From positions 1,408,001 through 1,472,000 of the forward strand of contig OZ242318.1 of assembly GCA_965208105.1 (NCBI GenBank): a stretch of 64,000 nt of DNA, written 5' to 3'. Position numbers and translations under genes: made by a program. The notes below the pieces were generated by a model, which was not told the origin of the DNA, ran no database searches, and worked only from the letters and a program-made list of their open reading frames with translations. Below, one piece after another: positions 18,999 through 28,758 of this stretch. Positions within the stretch are counted from its first letter, which is position 1; every line of letters starts with the position of its first letter. This DNA comes from Candidatus Latescibacterota bacterium (GTDB taxonomy: Bacteria > Latescibacterota > UBA2968 > UBA8231).

Positions 18999-21089
18999 AT
19001 GGCCTATCGCCTTGGGGTGGATATCGGCGGTACCTTCACCGACGCCACCCTCATCGACGGGGACGGCGGCTCCGTTTTTTGCGCCAAGGTGCCTTCGACA
19101 CCGTCGGCGCCTGCCGACGGCTTCATGTCTGCGGTGGAGCGCATTCTGAAAACCAACCGGGTGGCGCCGGCCGAGGTGAGCTACATCGTCCACGGGACCA
19201 CGGTGGCCACCAACGCCATCATCGAGGCCAAGACCGCCCCCACCGCCTTTCTGACCACCGCCGGCTTCCGCGACATGCTGGAGATCGCCCGCCAGACCAG
19301 GCCCAGCCTCTACGACCTGCATTTCGAGAAGACCCCCCCGCTGGTGCCGCGCCAGCTATGCTTCGGGATCCCGGAGCGGCTGGGGGCCGACGGCGAGGTC
19401 CTGGCGCCCCTCGACGAGGCCGCGGTGGTCCGCGTGGCCGCCGAACTGCGGCGGACCCGGGTCGAAGCCGTGGCCGTTTGCCTCCTGCACTCCTACGCCA
19501 ACCCCGACCACGAAAAACGCGTGGGTGCCCTTCTGCGCCGGGAGCTGCCGGCCGCGGCCGTCTCCCTTTCATCCGCGGTGGCGCCCGAGTTCCGCGAGTA
19601 CATGCGCGCCAGCACCACGGTGATCAACGCCTGCATCCAGCCGGTGGTGGGTCGCTACCTGGCCGCCATCGAGGCCGGCCTGAAGGAGCTCGGACTGAAC
19701 GCCGGGCTCCTGGTCATGCAGAGCGGAGGCGGGGTTTTCAGCGCCTCCGCCGCCGCCCGCAAGCCCGTCTTCATGGTGGAGTCGGGGCCGGCGGCCGGAG
19801 TCATCGGAGCCGCCCACCTCGGATCCGCCTGCGCCTTCGGCGATATAATCTCGTTCGACATGGGGGGCACCACCGCCAAGCTGGGGCTGGTCAGGAATGG
19901 GCAACCGCAGATTACCAAGGACTACGAGGTGGGCGCCTCGGCTCATCCGCCGGGAGGAGGGCGCGGCCAGGGATATCCCATTCGCACCCCCGTGGTGGAC
20001 CTCGTGGAAATAGGCGCCGGCGGCGGCTCGGTGGCCTGGGTCGATTCGGGGGGAGGACTTCGGGTCGGTCCGCACAGCGCCGGGGCCGATCCGGGGCCGG
20101 CGTGCTATGGCCAGGGAGGCGAGCAGCCCACCATCACCGACGCAAATGCGGTCCTCGGCCGACTCGACCCCGATTATTTCCTCGGGGGGGAAATCCGCCT
20201 CGATATCGAAGCCGCCCGGCGCGCAATCGAGGAGCAATGTTCCAGGCCCCTTGGCATGGAGGTCGTCGAGGCTGCCCACGGCATCGTCGAGATCGCCAAC
20301 GCGGCCATGGTCAACGCCCTGCGTCTGGTCTCGGTGCAGAAGGGGTACGATCCGCGCGCTTTCGCCCTGGTGGCCTTTGGAGGCAGCGGCCCGGTGCACG
20401 CCAACCGCCTGGCCCAGCTGGCGCAGATCCCCACTGTGGTGATCCCGTCCAGCCCGGGCACGGCGTCAGCCCTGGGGCTGCTCCTCACCGACCTGGAGCA
20501 CGAATACGCGGGCTCGGTGCTGCAGCGGGTCGAGACCCTGGATCCTGCTGCGGTCGAGCGCCTGTGCCGGTCCCTGGAAGAGCAGGGGCAGGAGGCCCTC
20601 GAGAGGGAGGGAGTCGAAAAGGAAGCGAGGCAAATGGCCCGCCTGGCCGAGTTGCGCTATGTGGGCCAGAGTTACGAGTTGACCGTTCCCATGACCACCC
20701 CCCTCCTGGACGAAGAAGCGAAAAAGTCCATGCTGGCGCGATTCCACGACGCCCATGAGCGCGCCTACGGCTTCAAGGCCGAAGGGGAGCCGGTGGAGTT
20801 GGTCCACGTGCGGGTCCGGGCCATCGGCCGCATGGCCAGGCCGGAAAGCAGGCGAATGCAGGGTCCGGTCGGCACATTGGAGGAGGCAAGACGCAGCGTG
20901 CGGCCGGTCTACTTCGCCGCCGCGGGCGGCTTCGTCGACTGTCCCATCTACGATCGCCCGCGCCTCGGCCGCGGCGCCGTGGTCAATGGCCCCGCAGTGA
21001 TCGAGGAGGCCGATTCCACCACGGTGGTCGAGCCCGGCTACGCCGCCCGGGTCGACCCCCTGGGCCCTTTGGTCCTGCGGTCGGCATGA
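18999..21089 (+). CDS. Hydantoinase A / oxoprolinase ATP-binding subunit (N-methylhydantoinase A-like)
   Basis: LGVDIGGTFTD, HGTTVATNA, ESGPAAG, FDMGGTT, IGAGGGS and GP.SAGADPGPACYG motifs. Confidence 0.93.
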   Translation: MAYRLGVDIGGTFTDATLIDGDGGSVFCAKVPSTPSAPADGFMSAVERILKTNRVAPAEVSYIVHGTTVATNAIIEAKTAPTAFLTTAGFRDMLEIARQTRPSLYDLHFEKTPPLVPRQLCFGIPERLGADGEVLAPLDEAAVVRVAAELRRTRVEAVAVCLLHSYANPDHEKRVGALLRRELPAAAVSLSSAVAPEFREYMRASTTVINACIQPVVGRYLAAIEAGLKELGLNAGLLVMQSGGGVFSASAAARKPVFMVESGPAAGVIGAAHLGSACAFGDIISFDMGGTTAKLGLVRNGQPQITKDYEVGASAHPPGGGRGQGYPIRTPVVDLVEIGAGGGSVAWVDSGGGLRVGPHSAGADPGPACYGQGGEQPTITDANAVLGRLDPDYFLGGEIRLDIEAARRAIEEQCSRPLGMEVVEAAHGIVEIANAAMVNALRLVSVQKGYDPRAFALVAFGGSGPVHANRLAQLAQIPTVVIPSSPGTASALGLLLTDLEHEYAGSVLQRVETLDPAAVERLCRSLEEQGQEALEREGVEKEARQMARLAELRYVGQSYELTVPMTTPLLDEEAKKSMLARFHDAHERAYGFKAEGEPVELVHVRVRAIGRMARPESRRMQGPVGTLEEARRSVRPVYFAAAGGFVDCPIYDRPRLGRGAVVNGPAVIEEADSTTVVEPGYAARVDPLGPLVLRSA

Positions 21090-21229
21090 GCACCTCCCTG
21101 GAACCCCAATGCCCGCCCTGGAACGAAAACCCCGCGGCTCCCGTGGCCGGCCGAATCTCCTTTTCCAGCTGACCATGTCCCAACCGGGATTTACCGTGAT
21201 GTCACGCGCGCAGCCGGGGGATTTCAGTA

Positions 21230-23701
21230 TTGCGCGGTAGAAGCGGACTGACCGCAACGGCCTTGCTGCTCGGCCTCCTCGCTGCCGGGGCCGAGACCCA
21301 GGAGCGTCCCTACGGACTGGACCGGCGCCTGACCGCCGACGTCCAGGTTGCCAGCGGCGGTCCCGGCGGCAATGCCCGGTTGCAGCCGGTGTTCCGGGGA
21401 CTGGACTTCACCCAGCCAGTCTACCTGACCCACGCGGGTGACGGCAGCGGCCGGGTTTTCGTCGTCGAGCGCCCGGGGACCATCCGCGTCTTGCGCCCGG
21501 GGGACGAGACCGCGCGGACCTTCCTGAATATCGCCGACTGGGTGATCGATTTCCGCCCCGAGATCGGGCTATTGGGCCTGGCCTTCCACCCCCGGTACCG
21601 CTCCAACGGGCGGTTCTTCGTCTACTATATCGCCCGCGGGCTGGTTTCACGACTGGCTGAATTCCGCGTTTCCAGCCTGGCTGACAGCGCCGACGTGGCC
21701 AGCGAGCGCATCCTGCTGGAGGTGCAGCAGCCCGACGACACCCACAACGGCGGACAGTTGGCCTTCGGGCCCGACGGCTACCTCTACTGGGGCCTGGGCG
21801 ACGGAGCCAATCCCGACGACATCCACGGCAATGCCCAAAACCGGCGGACCCTGCTGGGAGCCATCCTGCGCCTCGACGTCGACGGAGCCGAGCCCTATGG
21901 AGTGCCGCCGGACAACCCCTTCGCCGGCAACGACCAGGGGTGGCGCGAGGAGATCTGGGCTTGGGGGCTGCGCAATCCCTGGCGCTTCAGCTTCGACCCG
22001 GTCACGGGCCAGTTGTGGGTCGGAGACGTGGGGCAGGACCGCTGGGAGGAGATCGACCTGGTGGAAAAGGGGGGCAACTACGGCTGGAACATCGTCGAAG
22101 GACCGCAGTGCCTGCACGGCGATTCCTGCGACCGGGAAGGGTTGATGCCCCCGGTCTGGTCCTATGACCACAGCCAGGGACGCTCCATCATCGGCGGCTA
22201 CGTGTACCGCGGCCGGGCGGCGCCGGCGCTCCGGGGACTCTACATCTATGGCGATTTCGGCACCGGATGGATCTGGGGGCTGGAGGTCCAGGGCGGCCTG
22301 GCGGTCGAAAACAGGCTGGTGGCCACCAGCCCGGGACACATTTCCAGTTTCGGCGAGGACGAGTCCGGCGAGCTCCATGTCATCAATATCGACGGGCAGA
22401 TTCTGCGGCTCGAAAAGGGGTCGGGGGAGCCTCCGCAGAGCCAAATCCCGGCGCTGCTGTCGGACGCGGGCGTCTTCGCCCATATGGCCACCAGGGAACC
22501 GGCACCGGGATTGATCCCCTATGCGGTCAATGCGCCCCTGTGGTCGGACGGGGCGGGCAAGAGTCGCTGGCTGGCCCTGCCCGATACCGCCCGCCTCCAC
22601 TTTGACGTGGACGAACCCTGGCTCTTTCCCAACGGCACGGTACTGGTGAAGAATTTCTATTTGCCCGGCGCGGGTGCGGGCGGCCGGGACCGGATAGTCG
22701 AAACCCGGTTGCTGGTCAAGCGGACCCGGGGCGAGGTCTGGGACGGATTCAGCTACGAGTGGAACGAGGCCGGTACCCAGGCGGCCCTGTTGCAGGGACG
22801 GGAGCGGCGCGTGTTCGAGGTGCCGGACCCGGCGGCGCCCCAGGGACTGCGCAGGCACGAACACCGCTTTCCCAGCCGGTCAGACTGCATCGCCTGCCAC
22901 ACCCCGGCCTCCGGCTACGTCCTGGGGGTGCGCACCGCCCAGATGAACCGCGTCTACGACTACGGAGCCGTGGCCGATCATCAGCTGCGCAGCTTCAACC
23001 ACATCGGCCTTTTCACCGAGGACATAGGAGAGGACTACCATGGCTGGCCCCGCCTGCCCGATCCGCTGGGGGCGGCCGGGTCGGTGGCCGAGCGCGCCCG
23101 CGCCTACCTGGACGCCAACTGCTCCCACTGCCACCGACCCGGAGGCGGCGGGCGGACCGCCATGGATTTGCGCTACGACACGCCCCTGCAGGGGACCGGC
23201 CTCACCCAGCCCGCGTCACTGGGGGATCTGGGCTTGACCGGGGCACTGCGGTTGGCGGCGGGAGCCCCGGAGCGCTCGGTGCTCTACCGCCGGATGCTCG
23301 ATCTGGGACGCTGGCGCATGCCTCCGGTGGCCAGTGGCCGGGTCGACCGGGAAGCGGCCGCCCTGATTCACGAGTGGATCGCCGGCCAGGGTGGAACGGT
23401 GGTGGAGGAACAGGCAGGCCCGCCGCCATTCGAGCTGGCCCAGAACTATCCCAATCCCTTCAACAGCAGAACCGTTCTGTCCTACCAGCTTTCACACCCG
23501 GGACCCGTGGCCATGACCCTCTACGGGATCAACGGCCAGGTGGTGCGTCACCTGGTGAGGGACGTGGCCACGGCGGGGCAACACAGGGTTGTGTGGGATG
23601 GGCGCAACGCCGCCGGCCGGATGGTGGCCAGCGGGGTCTACTTTGCACGCCTGCAGGTTGGAAAGGCCAGCCGGATTCGCAAACTGGTGCTGCTGCGCTA
23701 G
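21230..23701 (+). CDS. PQQ-dependent glucose/sorbosone dehydrogenase fused to a di-heme cytochrome c region and a T9SS/FlgD-Ig CTD
   Basis: GLLGLAFHP, HNGGQLAFGPDG, WGLRNPWRFSFD; CIACH and CSHCH heme motifs; NYPNPFN...WDGRN..G..VASGVYFARL. Confidence 0.88.
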   Translation: MRGRSGLTATALLLGLLAAGAETQERPYGLDRRLTADVQVASGGPGGNARLQPVFRGLDFTQPVYLTHAGDGSGRVFVVERPGTIRVLRPGDETARTFLNIADWVIDFRPEIGLLGLAFHPRYRSNGRFFVYYIARGLVSRLAEFRVSSLADSADVASERILLEVQQPDDTHNGGQLAFGPDGYLYWGLGDGANPDDIHGNAQNRRTLLGAILRLDVDGAEPYGVPPDNPFAGNDQGWREEIWAWGLRNPWRFSFDPVTGQLWVGDVGQDRWEEIDLVEKGGNYGWNIVEGPQCLHGDSCDREGLMPPVWSYDHSQGRSIIGGYVYRGRAAPALRGLYIYGDFGTGWIWGLEVQGGLAVENRLVATSPGHISSFGEDESGELHVINIDGQILRLEKGSGEPPQSQIPALLSDAGVFAHMATREPAPGLIPYAVNAPLWSDGAGKSRWLALPDTARLHFDVDEPWLFPNGTVLVKNFYLPGAGAGGRDRIVETRLLVKRTRGEVWDGFSYEWNEAGTQAALLQGRERRVFEVPDPAAPQGLRRHEHRFPSRSDCIACHTPASGYVLGVRTAQMNRVYDYGAVADHQLRSFNHIGLFTEDIGEDYHGWPRLPDPLGAAGSVAERARAYLDANCSHCHRPGGGGRTAMDLRYDTPLQGTGLTQPASLGDLGLTGALRLAAGAPERSVLYRRMLDLGRWRMPPVASGRVDREAAALIHEWIAGQGGTVVEEQAGPPPFELAQNYPNPFNSRTVLSYQLSHPGPVAMTLYGINGQVVRHLVRDVATAGQHRVVWDGRNAAGRMVASGVYFARLQVGKASRIRKLVLLR

Positions 23702-23794
23702 TGTCCCCTCTATCTGCGCCCGCCCGTGGACTTCTCTCGGGATTCCACTCCCGCCGGGACACCTTCTACGATGGATGGGTCCGCCATCACGGCC

Positions 23795-25201
23795 CTATTT
23801 CTTCTCCGCCCAGTCGGGGCCGGCCACCGGATCGAGGAGGCTGCGGTTCTCTTCCGGGGTGCCGACCCAAAGCAGAAATTCGCGCAGGGCGCGCTCCATT
23901 CGGGCGGCGACGCGGGAGTGGCGCCGGACCAGGTTCTTCCCTTGCCCCGGGTCCGTGCGCATTTGGTACAACTCCGCCCGGCCTGCCTTCTCACCCTGGG
24001 GGATATAGCTCCAGTTCCTGTCGGTGATGGTGGGTCCGCCGTTGCGGATGAAGGTGGAGCTGAAGGCGAACCGGCGGGGCCATTCCCTGCCCATTGCCTG
24101 AAGCAGAGGGGTGAGCGCGTGGCCGTGAAGGGGAGGGCCCTGGTAGTCCACCCCGGACAGGTCGAGAAAGGTGGGCAGCAGGTCGACCGATTGGGTGAGC
24201 TGGACGACCCGGCTGCCGCCCGCGGCGCCCGGAGCGGCCATCAGCAGCGGGATGTGGGCAAGCTCGCGGTAGAGCGGCCAGACGCGCTGGTCGTCGGGGT
24301 GGATGTTGGATTTGCCGGTGCGGTTGTGTTCGCCCAGGAGCATCCCGTGGTCGGAGGTGAAGACGACGATGGAATCGCGCCACAGGTCCAGCTCCTCGAT
24401 CTTGGTGAGGACGTGACCGATCCACTTGTCCACCAGCTGCACCTCGGCGGCGTAGTGGGCCCTGAGATTGGCCAGCTCTCTTTTCGAGTAGGCGGTCGCC
24501 GGTCCGTAGTTGGGATGGATCTGGGGCGGTCCGCGGTAGCCGGAGGAGTCGTAGCGCCGCACCAAGTATTCGGGCGGGTCCCAGGGTTCATGGACGTCGA
24601 AGAAGTCGACCCACAGCAGGAAGGGGGAGGCGTCGTGGTTCTCCTCCAGCCAGCGGCTGGCCGTGCGCGCGGTGCGGACGCAGAAGCGGTCCTCCTCCCA
24701 GGCCCAGTCGCGGTTGGTCCAGGTGTGCAGGGTGGCCAGGTTGCCGAAGCGGGTGCCGCGCATGTGCTCATCGACGCGGGTCCTGGCGTCTGCCGGAACG
24801 GTGAGGCGCGGAGCCAGGTTGCCCTTGAGCAGGGGACGGTCCCCCTCCTGGCCGCGGATCCAGTGGGCGCCGTCGAAGCCGCGGTCGAAGTGGTGCCCCC
24901 TGCTCATCAGGTGGGGGGTGTCGGCGATGAGCTGGGTGCTGTAGCCCGCCTCACCGAACAGGGTGCTGAGCACGGGGATATCGCGGTCGAGGGGCTGCCA
25001 GCCGTGGAAGGGAAAGGTGAAGCGGCCGGTGAAAAGATCGGTGCGGTTGGGGATGGTGGGAAAGGAGGACAGGTAGTAGCGGTCGAAGGAGACCGCGCGC
25101 CGGGCGAAGCGGTCGAGGTTGGGGGTGCAGATCCAGGAATTGCCGTTGCACCCGAGGTAGTCGTAGCGGAAGGTGTCGCTGAGGAGGACGATGACGTTCA
25201 T
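23795..25201 (-). CDS. Sulfatase-like alkaline-phosphatase-superfamily hydrolase (Thr at the nucleophile position)
   Basis: MNVIVLLSDT, TPNLDRFA, FPTIPNRTDLFTG, FDVHEPWDPP and FTSDHG motifs. Confidence 0.87.
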   Translation of the reverse strand: MNVIVLLSDTFRYDYLGCNGNSWICTPNLDRFARRAVSFDRYYLSSFPTIPNRTDLFTGRFTFPFHGWQPLDRDIPVLSTLFGEAGYSTQLIADTPHLMSRGHHFDRGFDGAHWIRGQEGDRPLLKGNLAPRLTVPADARTRVDEHMRGTRFGNLATLHTWTNRDWAWEEDRFCVRTARTASRWLEENHDASPFLLWVDFFDVHEPWDPPEYLVRRYDSSGYRGPPQIHPNYGPATAYSKRELANLRAHYAAEVQLVDKWIGHVLTKIEELDLWRDSIVVFTSDHGMLLGEHNRTGKSNIHPDDQRVWPLYRELAHIPLLMAAPGAAGGSRVVQLTQSVDLLPTFLDLSGVDYQGPPLHGHALTPLLQAMGREWPRRFAFSSTFIRNGGPTITDRNWSYIPQGEKAGRAELYQMRTDPGQGKNLVRRHSRVAARMERALREFLLWVGTPEENRSLLDPVAGPDWAEKK

Positions 25202-25345
25202 CTTTCTCACCCTTCGGGAGTGGCCGGTGCAAGGCATTGCCGGCCTGTGGCTTGTTCAGAAATTCGGGCATGAAGCGTCGCCGCGCCAGGGCAACATGGC
25301 TGTTCCCCCCAATCCATTCCCCCTCTGGCCGCCGTCGAACCCGAA

Positions 25346-25375
25346 TTGACAAATCGCGGGTGCTGCCATTAAGTT
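25346..25375 (+). promoter_or_regulatory. Putative sigma70 promoter of the TonB-receptor operon
   Basis: TTGACA (25346-25351), 18-nt spacer, TAAGTT. Confidence 0.5.
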
Positions 25376-25480
25376 CAACCACCCTTGCTGGCGTGACCAG
25401 GTCCGGAATTTCACGTCCAGAATTTCAAAGCCCAGTATTACCAGAGTTGACAACTCCAGTACAAGTTGAGGGATATTTCC

Positions 25481-27778
25481 GTGTTCGAATATAGCTTGCG
25501 CCCTTTCCTGCTCGTGGTGGGCACCCTGGCCGGCCTTTCCATGGCAGCCCGGAGCCCCGCCGCCACCTTGAGCGGTTTCGTCACCGACGCCGACAACGGC
25601 GAGGCCCTGACCCTGGCCATTGTCGCGGTGGAGGCCGAGGGGACCCGCCTGGGATCGGCGAGCAACAGCAGCGGCTACTACGCGGTCAAGGACATCGGTG
25701 CGGGGGAGTACCGGGTGGCGGTGTCGCACATAGGCTACCAGACCCGGCGCGATACCCTGCGCTTCGGGGCAATGGAAGACCTGCGCCTGGACGTGGCCCT
25801 GGAACCCCGGCCCCTGAACATCGCGGAGGAGACGGTGGTGGAAGCCGAGCGCAGGGAAGAGCTGGAGCAGGCCATCCAGAGCAGCTTCATCGCCCTGCAG
25901 GTCGAGCCGCTGCAGCAGATGCCGGCCATCGGCGAGGCCGATCTCCTGCGCAGCCTGCAGCTGCTGCCGGGGATCCAGTCGGCCTCGGACCTCAGCAGCG
26001 GCCTCTACGTGCGCGGGGGCGGGCCCGACCAGACCGCCATTCTCCTCGACCACATTCCGCTCTACAATCCCTCCCACCTCTTCGGGTTCTTCTCGACCTT
26101 CAACGGGGACGCCATCAAGGACGTCCAGCTCTACAAGGGGGCCTACCCGGCGGCCTTCGGCCGCACCCTGGGGGCGGTGCTCGACGTGAGCAACCGCGAG
26201 GGCAACCGGCAGCGCTTCAGCGGCCGCGGCGGCGCCAGCCTGATCGCCAGCCGGCTGCTGGCCGAGGGGCCGGCGGGAGAGGGATCGTGGATGCTGGCCG
26301 GGCGCCGCACCTACCTGGAGCCGGTGCTCAGCGCCGTTCGAGCCAGCGGAGTGGACATACCCCTCAACTATTACTTCTACGACTTCAACGGCAAGATCAA
26401 CCAGCGCCGCGGGGACGACACCTTCACGGTGAGCACCTACTGGGGCCAGGACGACCTGCGGGTGGAGATTGAAGAGGAAGATCAGGAGTCCTTCGTCGAT
26501 TTCCGCTGGGGCAACCGCGCCCTGACCGCGCGCTGGACCCGGGTGTTCTCGCCTGACCTCTTCGGCCACTTCATGGCCGCCGGATCGACCTACAATAATT
26601 CCATCCTGTTCAGTTTCTTCGACACGCCATTCAGCTTCGAAAACAGCATTCGCGACTGGTCTCTCAAGGCCGACGTGGACTACTTCGCCAACCGCGACCA
26701 CACCTTCACCTTTGGCCTTCTCGCCACCCTCTTCGAGTTCGACTTTACCCAGTCCTTCAACCAGCAGGAAGAGTCCTTGTACCAGAAGTCGGTGTTGGCC
26801 TCGGCCTACCTTCAGGACGAGTGGCAGGCCGGCCTTGCGACGAAGCTGCGGCTGGGAGGACGGGGAACCTACTTCAGCGTCGGGGACCGCTTCCACCTGA
26901 TGCCCAGGCTCTCCCTGAGCCACGCCCTCAGCGACAAGGTGCGAATCAAGGCCGCCGGCGGGATGTACCGCCAGTACCTGCAGCTGGTCACCACCGAAGC
27001 CTTCAGCGGGGGCGACTTCTGGGTGCCGCTGGACCGCACCGTTGAACCCGGGCGCTCATACCAGGGAGTTGTGGGGGGCGAGTGGAACCCGTCGCGGCGC
27101 TACCAGCTCTCCGTTGAGGGTTACTATACCGACCTGGCCAACCTGGTGGTCCTGGACACCGCGGTGGAGGCGGACAGCGAGGCCACGCGCTCGGACGACA
27201 TTTTCAAAAGCGGGGGCAGCGGCTGGGCGGGAGGTGTCGAAGTCTTCTTGCAGCGCCGCACCGGGGCGCTCACCGGCTGGGTGGGCTATACCCTGGGCTG
27301 GACCCGGCGGACCTTCCCCGAGGTCAACCAGGGCCTCGCATTTCCACCCAAGTACGACCGCCGCCACGATCTGTCTTTCGTTGTCTCCTACAGCGCGGGG
27401 AAATGGCGCCTGGGCTCCAACCTGGTCTACGCCACCGGACAGGCCTTCACCCCCGCGGCATCCCGCTACACCCTGCGCGAGCCCGCCACCGGGGTGGTGG
27501 ATGACTACGTCCTGCCGGCGAGCCGCAACAGCGCCCGGCTGCTGCCCTACCACCGCCTCGACGCCAGCGCCAGCCGCGAGTTCGGCCTGTGGGGCCTCGA
27601 CGTCGAAGTCTATTTGCAGATCTTCAACCTCTACAGCCGCCGCAACGAGTGGTTCGTGCAATATCCGATCGCCACCACGGAGACGGAGGAAGGCGAGGTG
27701 GTGGAGGTGGATGTGGAGCCGGAAGTGATCAAGCAACTTCCCATCGTGCCGACGCTGGGTTTCAATTTTTCGTTTTGA
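25481..27778 (+). CDS. TonB-dependent receptor with N-terminal carboxypeptidase-regulatory-like domain
   Basis: LSGFVTDA.NGE; plug LQLLPGI...YVRGGGPDQ; HLFGFFSTFN; YDRRHD; LPYHRLD; ends FNFSF. GTG start at 25481 after GAGGG. Confidence 0.92.
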   Translation: MFEYSLRPFLLVVGTLAGLSMAARSPAATLSGFVTDADNGEALTLAIVAVEAEGTRLGSASNSSGYYAVKDIGAGEYRVAVSHIGYQTRRDTLRFGAMEDLRLDVALEPRPLNIAEETVVEAERREELEQAIQSSFIALQVEPLQQMPAIGEADLLRSLQLLPGIQSASDLSSGLYVRGGGPDQTAILLDHIPLYNPSHLFGFFSTFNGDAIKDVQLYKGAYPAAFGRTLGAVLDVSNREGNRQRFSGRGGASLIASRLLAEGPAGEGSWMLAGRRTYLEPVLSAVRASGVDIPLNYYFYDFNGKINQRRGDDTFTVSTYWGQDDLRVEIEEEDQESFVDFRWGNRALTARWTRVFSPDLFGHFMAAGSTYNNSILFSFFDTPFSFENSIRDWSLKADVDYFANRDHTFTFGLLATLFEFDFTQSFNQQEESLYQKSVLASAYLQDEWQAGLATKLRLGGRGTYFSVGDRFHLMPRLSLSHALSDKVRIKAAGGMYRQYLQLVTTEAFSGGDFWVPLDRTVEPGRSYQGVVGGEWNPSRRYQLSVEGYYTDLANLVVLDTAVEADSEATRSDDIFKSGGSGWAGGVEVFLQRRTGALTGWVGYTLGWTRRTFPEVNQGLAFPPKYDRRHDLSFVVSYSAGKWRLGSNLVYATGQAFTPAASRYTLREPATGVVDDYVLPASRNSARLLPYHRLDASASREFGLWGLDVEVYLQIFNLYSRRNEWFVQYPIATTETEEGEVVEVDVEPEVIKQLPIVPTLGFNFSF

Positions 27779-27788
27779 GGAGAAAGTC

Positions 27789-28718
27789 GTGCGCTATTTT
27801 CTCATGGCCCTGTGCCTTACCGCCTGCGCCGCCGAGCGCCAGCCGGGAGAACTCTTCGGCCCGGTGGAGAAAGAGGCCGAGCTGGTGGTGGACGCTCAGC
27901 TGCTGGTCGGCCGGACCCTGCCCGAAGTGTTCGTGCGGCGCACCCTGCCCCCCGGCCGGGCCTACAGCCGGGAGGATGCCGCGGTTACCGACGCCCGGGT
28001 CCGCATACTCCACGGAGATCAGGTATTTGAGTACGCATACACAGCCGACGAGGCCGCCCCCGGCCGCTACCTGCCGCCGAGGGGAGCTCCCCTGGTGGAA
28101 GCCCTTGCCGAATACCGCCTGGAGGTGGACGTAGAGGGCCGGAAGGTGAGGGCGAGCACCACCACCCCCGACAGGGTGCGGATCAGGCAGGCGGTGCTGC
28201 TGGACGAGGAAACTCTCCAGATCATCCGGACCCTGAAGACCTTTGCCGAGCTCGGGGACCAGGTCTACACCGCGCCGGAGAACCAGATCACCTATCTGGA
28301 CGGCCTGATCGAGTTCCACTTTGACACACTGGAAGTTGCAGGGTTCCAGGCGGCCATCTTCGCCCTGGATGAGGATGCCCCATTCGCCGACGAGGACCTC
28401 GTGGACTTCTACGACGAAGAGGATACCAGCACCTTGCGGGCAAACCAGTCGCCTCCCCTGGCGGTCAGCGAAGGTATTTTGCGCTGGCCGTGGTTCGCCG
28501 TGGCGTTCACCGGGCGCTCCATGATCAAGGTCTACGCCCTGGACCACAACTGGTTCGAGTACGCCCGCTCCAGCCCCGACCAGCAGGAGCAGGGTGGGTT
28601 CGGAGGGCTGGCCGGCGAAAATTTCGAGCGCCCCTTCTTCCAGGTAGAGGGAGGCATCGGGCTGTTCGGCTCGGCGTCGGTGGATTCGGTGGGGTTCGTC
28701 GTCTTGCCGCGGCCGTGA
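27789..28718 (+). CDS. DUF4249-like lipoprotein, partner of the TonB receptor
   Basis: Lipobox LTAC; ELVVDAQL; C-terminal VEGGIGLFGS; 10 nt downstream of the receptor. Confidence 0.8.
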   Translation: MRYFLMALCLTACAAERQPGELFGPVEKEAELVVDAQLLVGRTLPEVFVRRTLPPGRAYSREDAAVTDARVRILHGDQVFEYAYTADEAAPGRYLPPRGAPLVEALAEYRLEVDVEGRKVRASTTTPDRVRIRQAVLLDEETLQIIRTLKTFAELGDQVYTAPENQITYLDGLIEFHFDTLEVAGFQAAIFALDEDAPFADEDLVDFYDEEDTSTLRANQSPPLAVSEGILRWPWFAVAFTGRSMIKVYALDHNWFEYARSSPDQQEQGGFGGLAGENFERPFFQVEGGIGLFGSASVDSVGFVVLPRP

Positions 28719-28758
28719 CCGACTGAAAAGGAGGGATTAAATTAATCAGGAAGTACTG

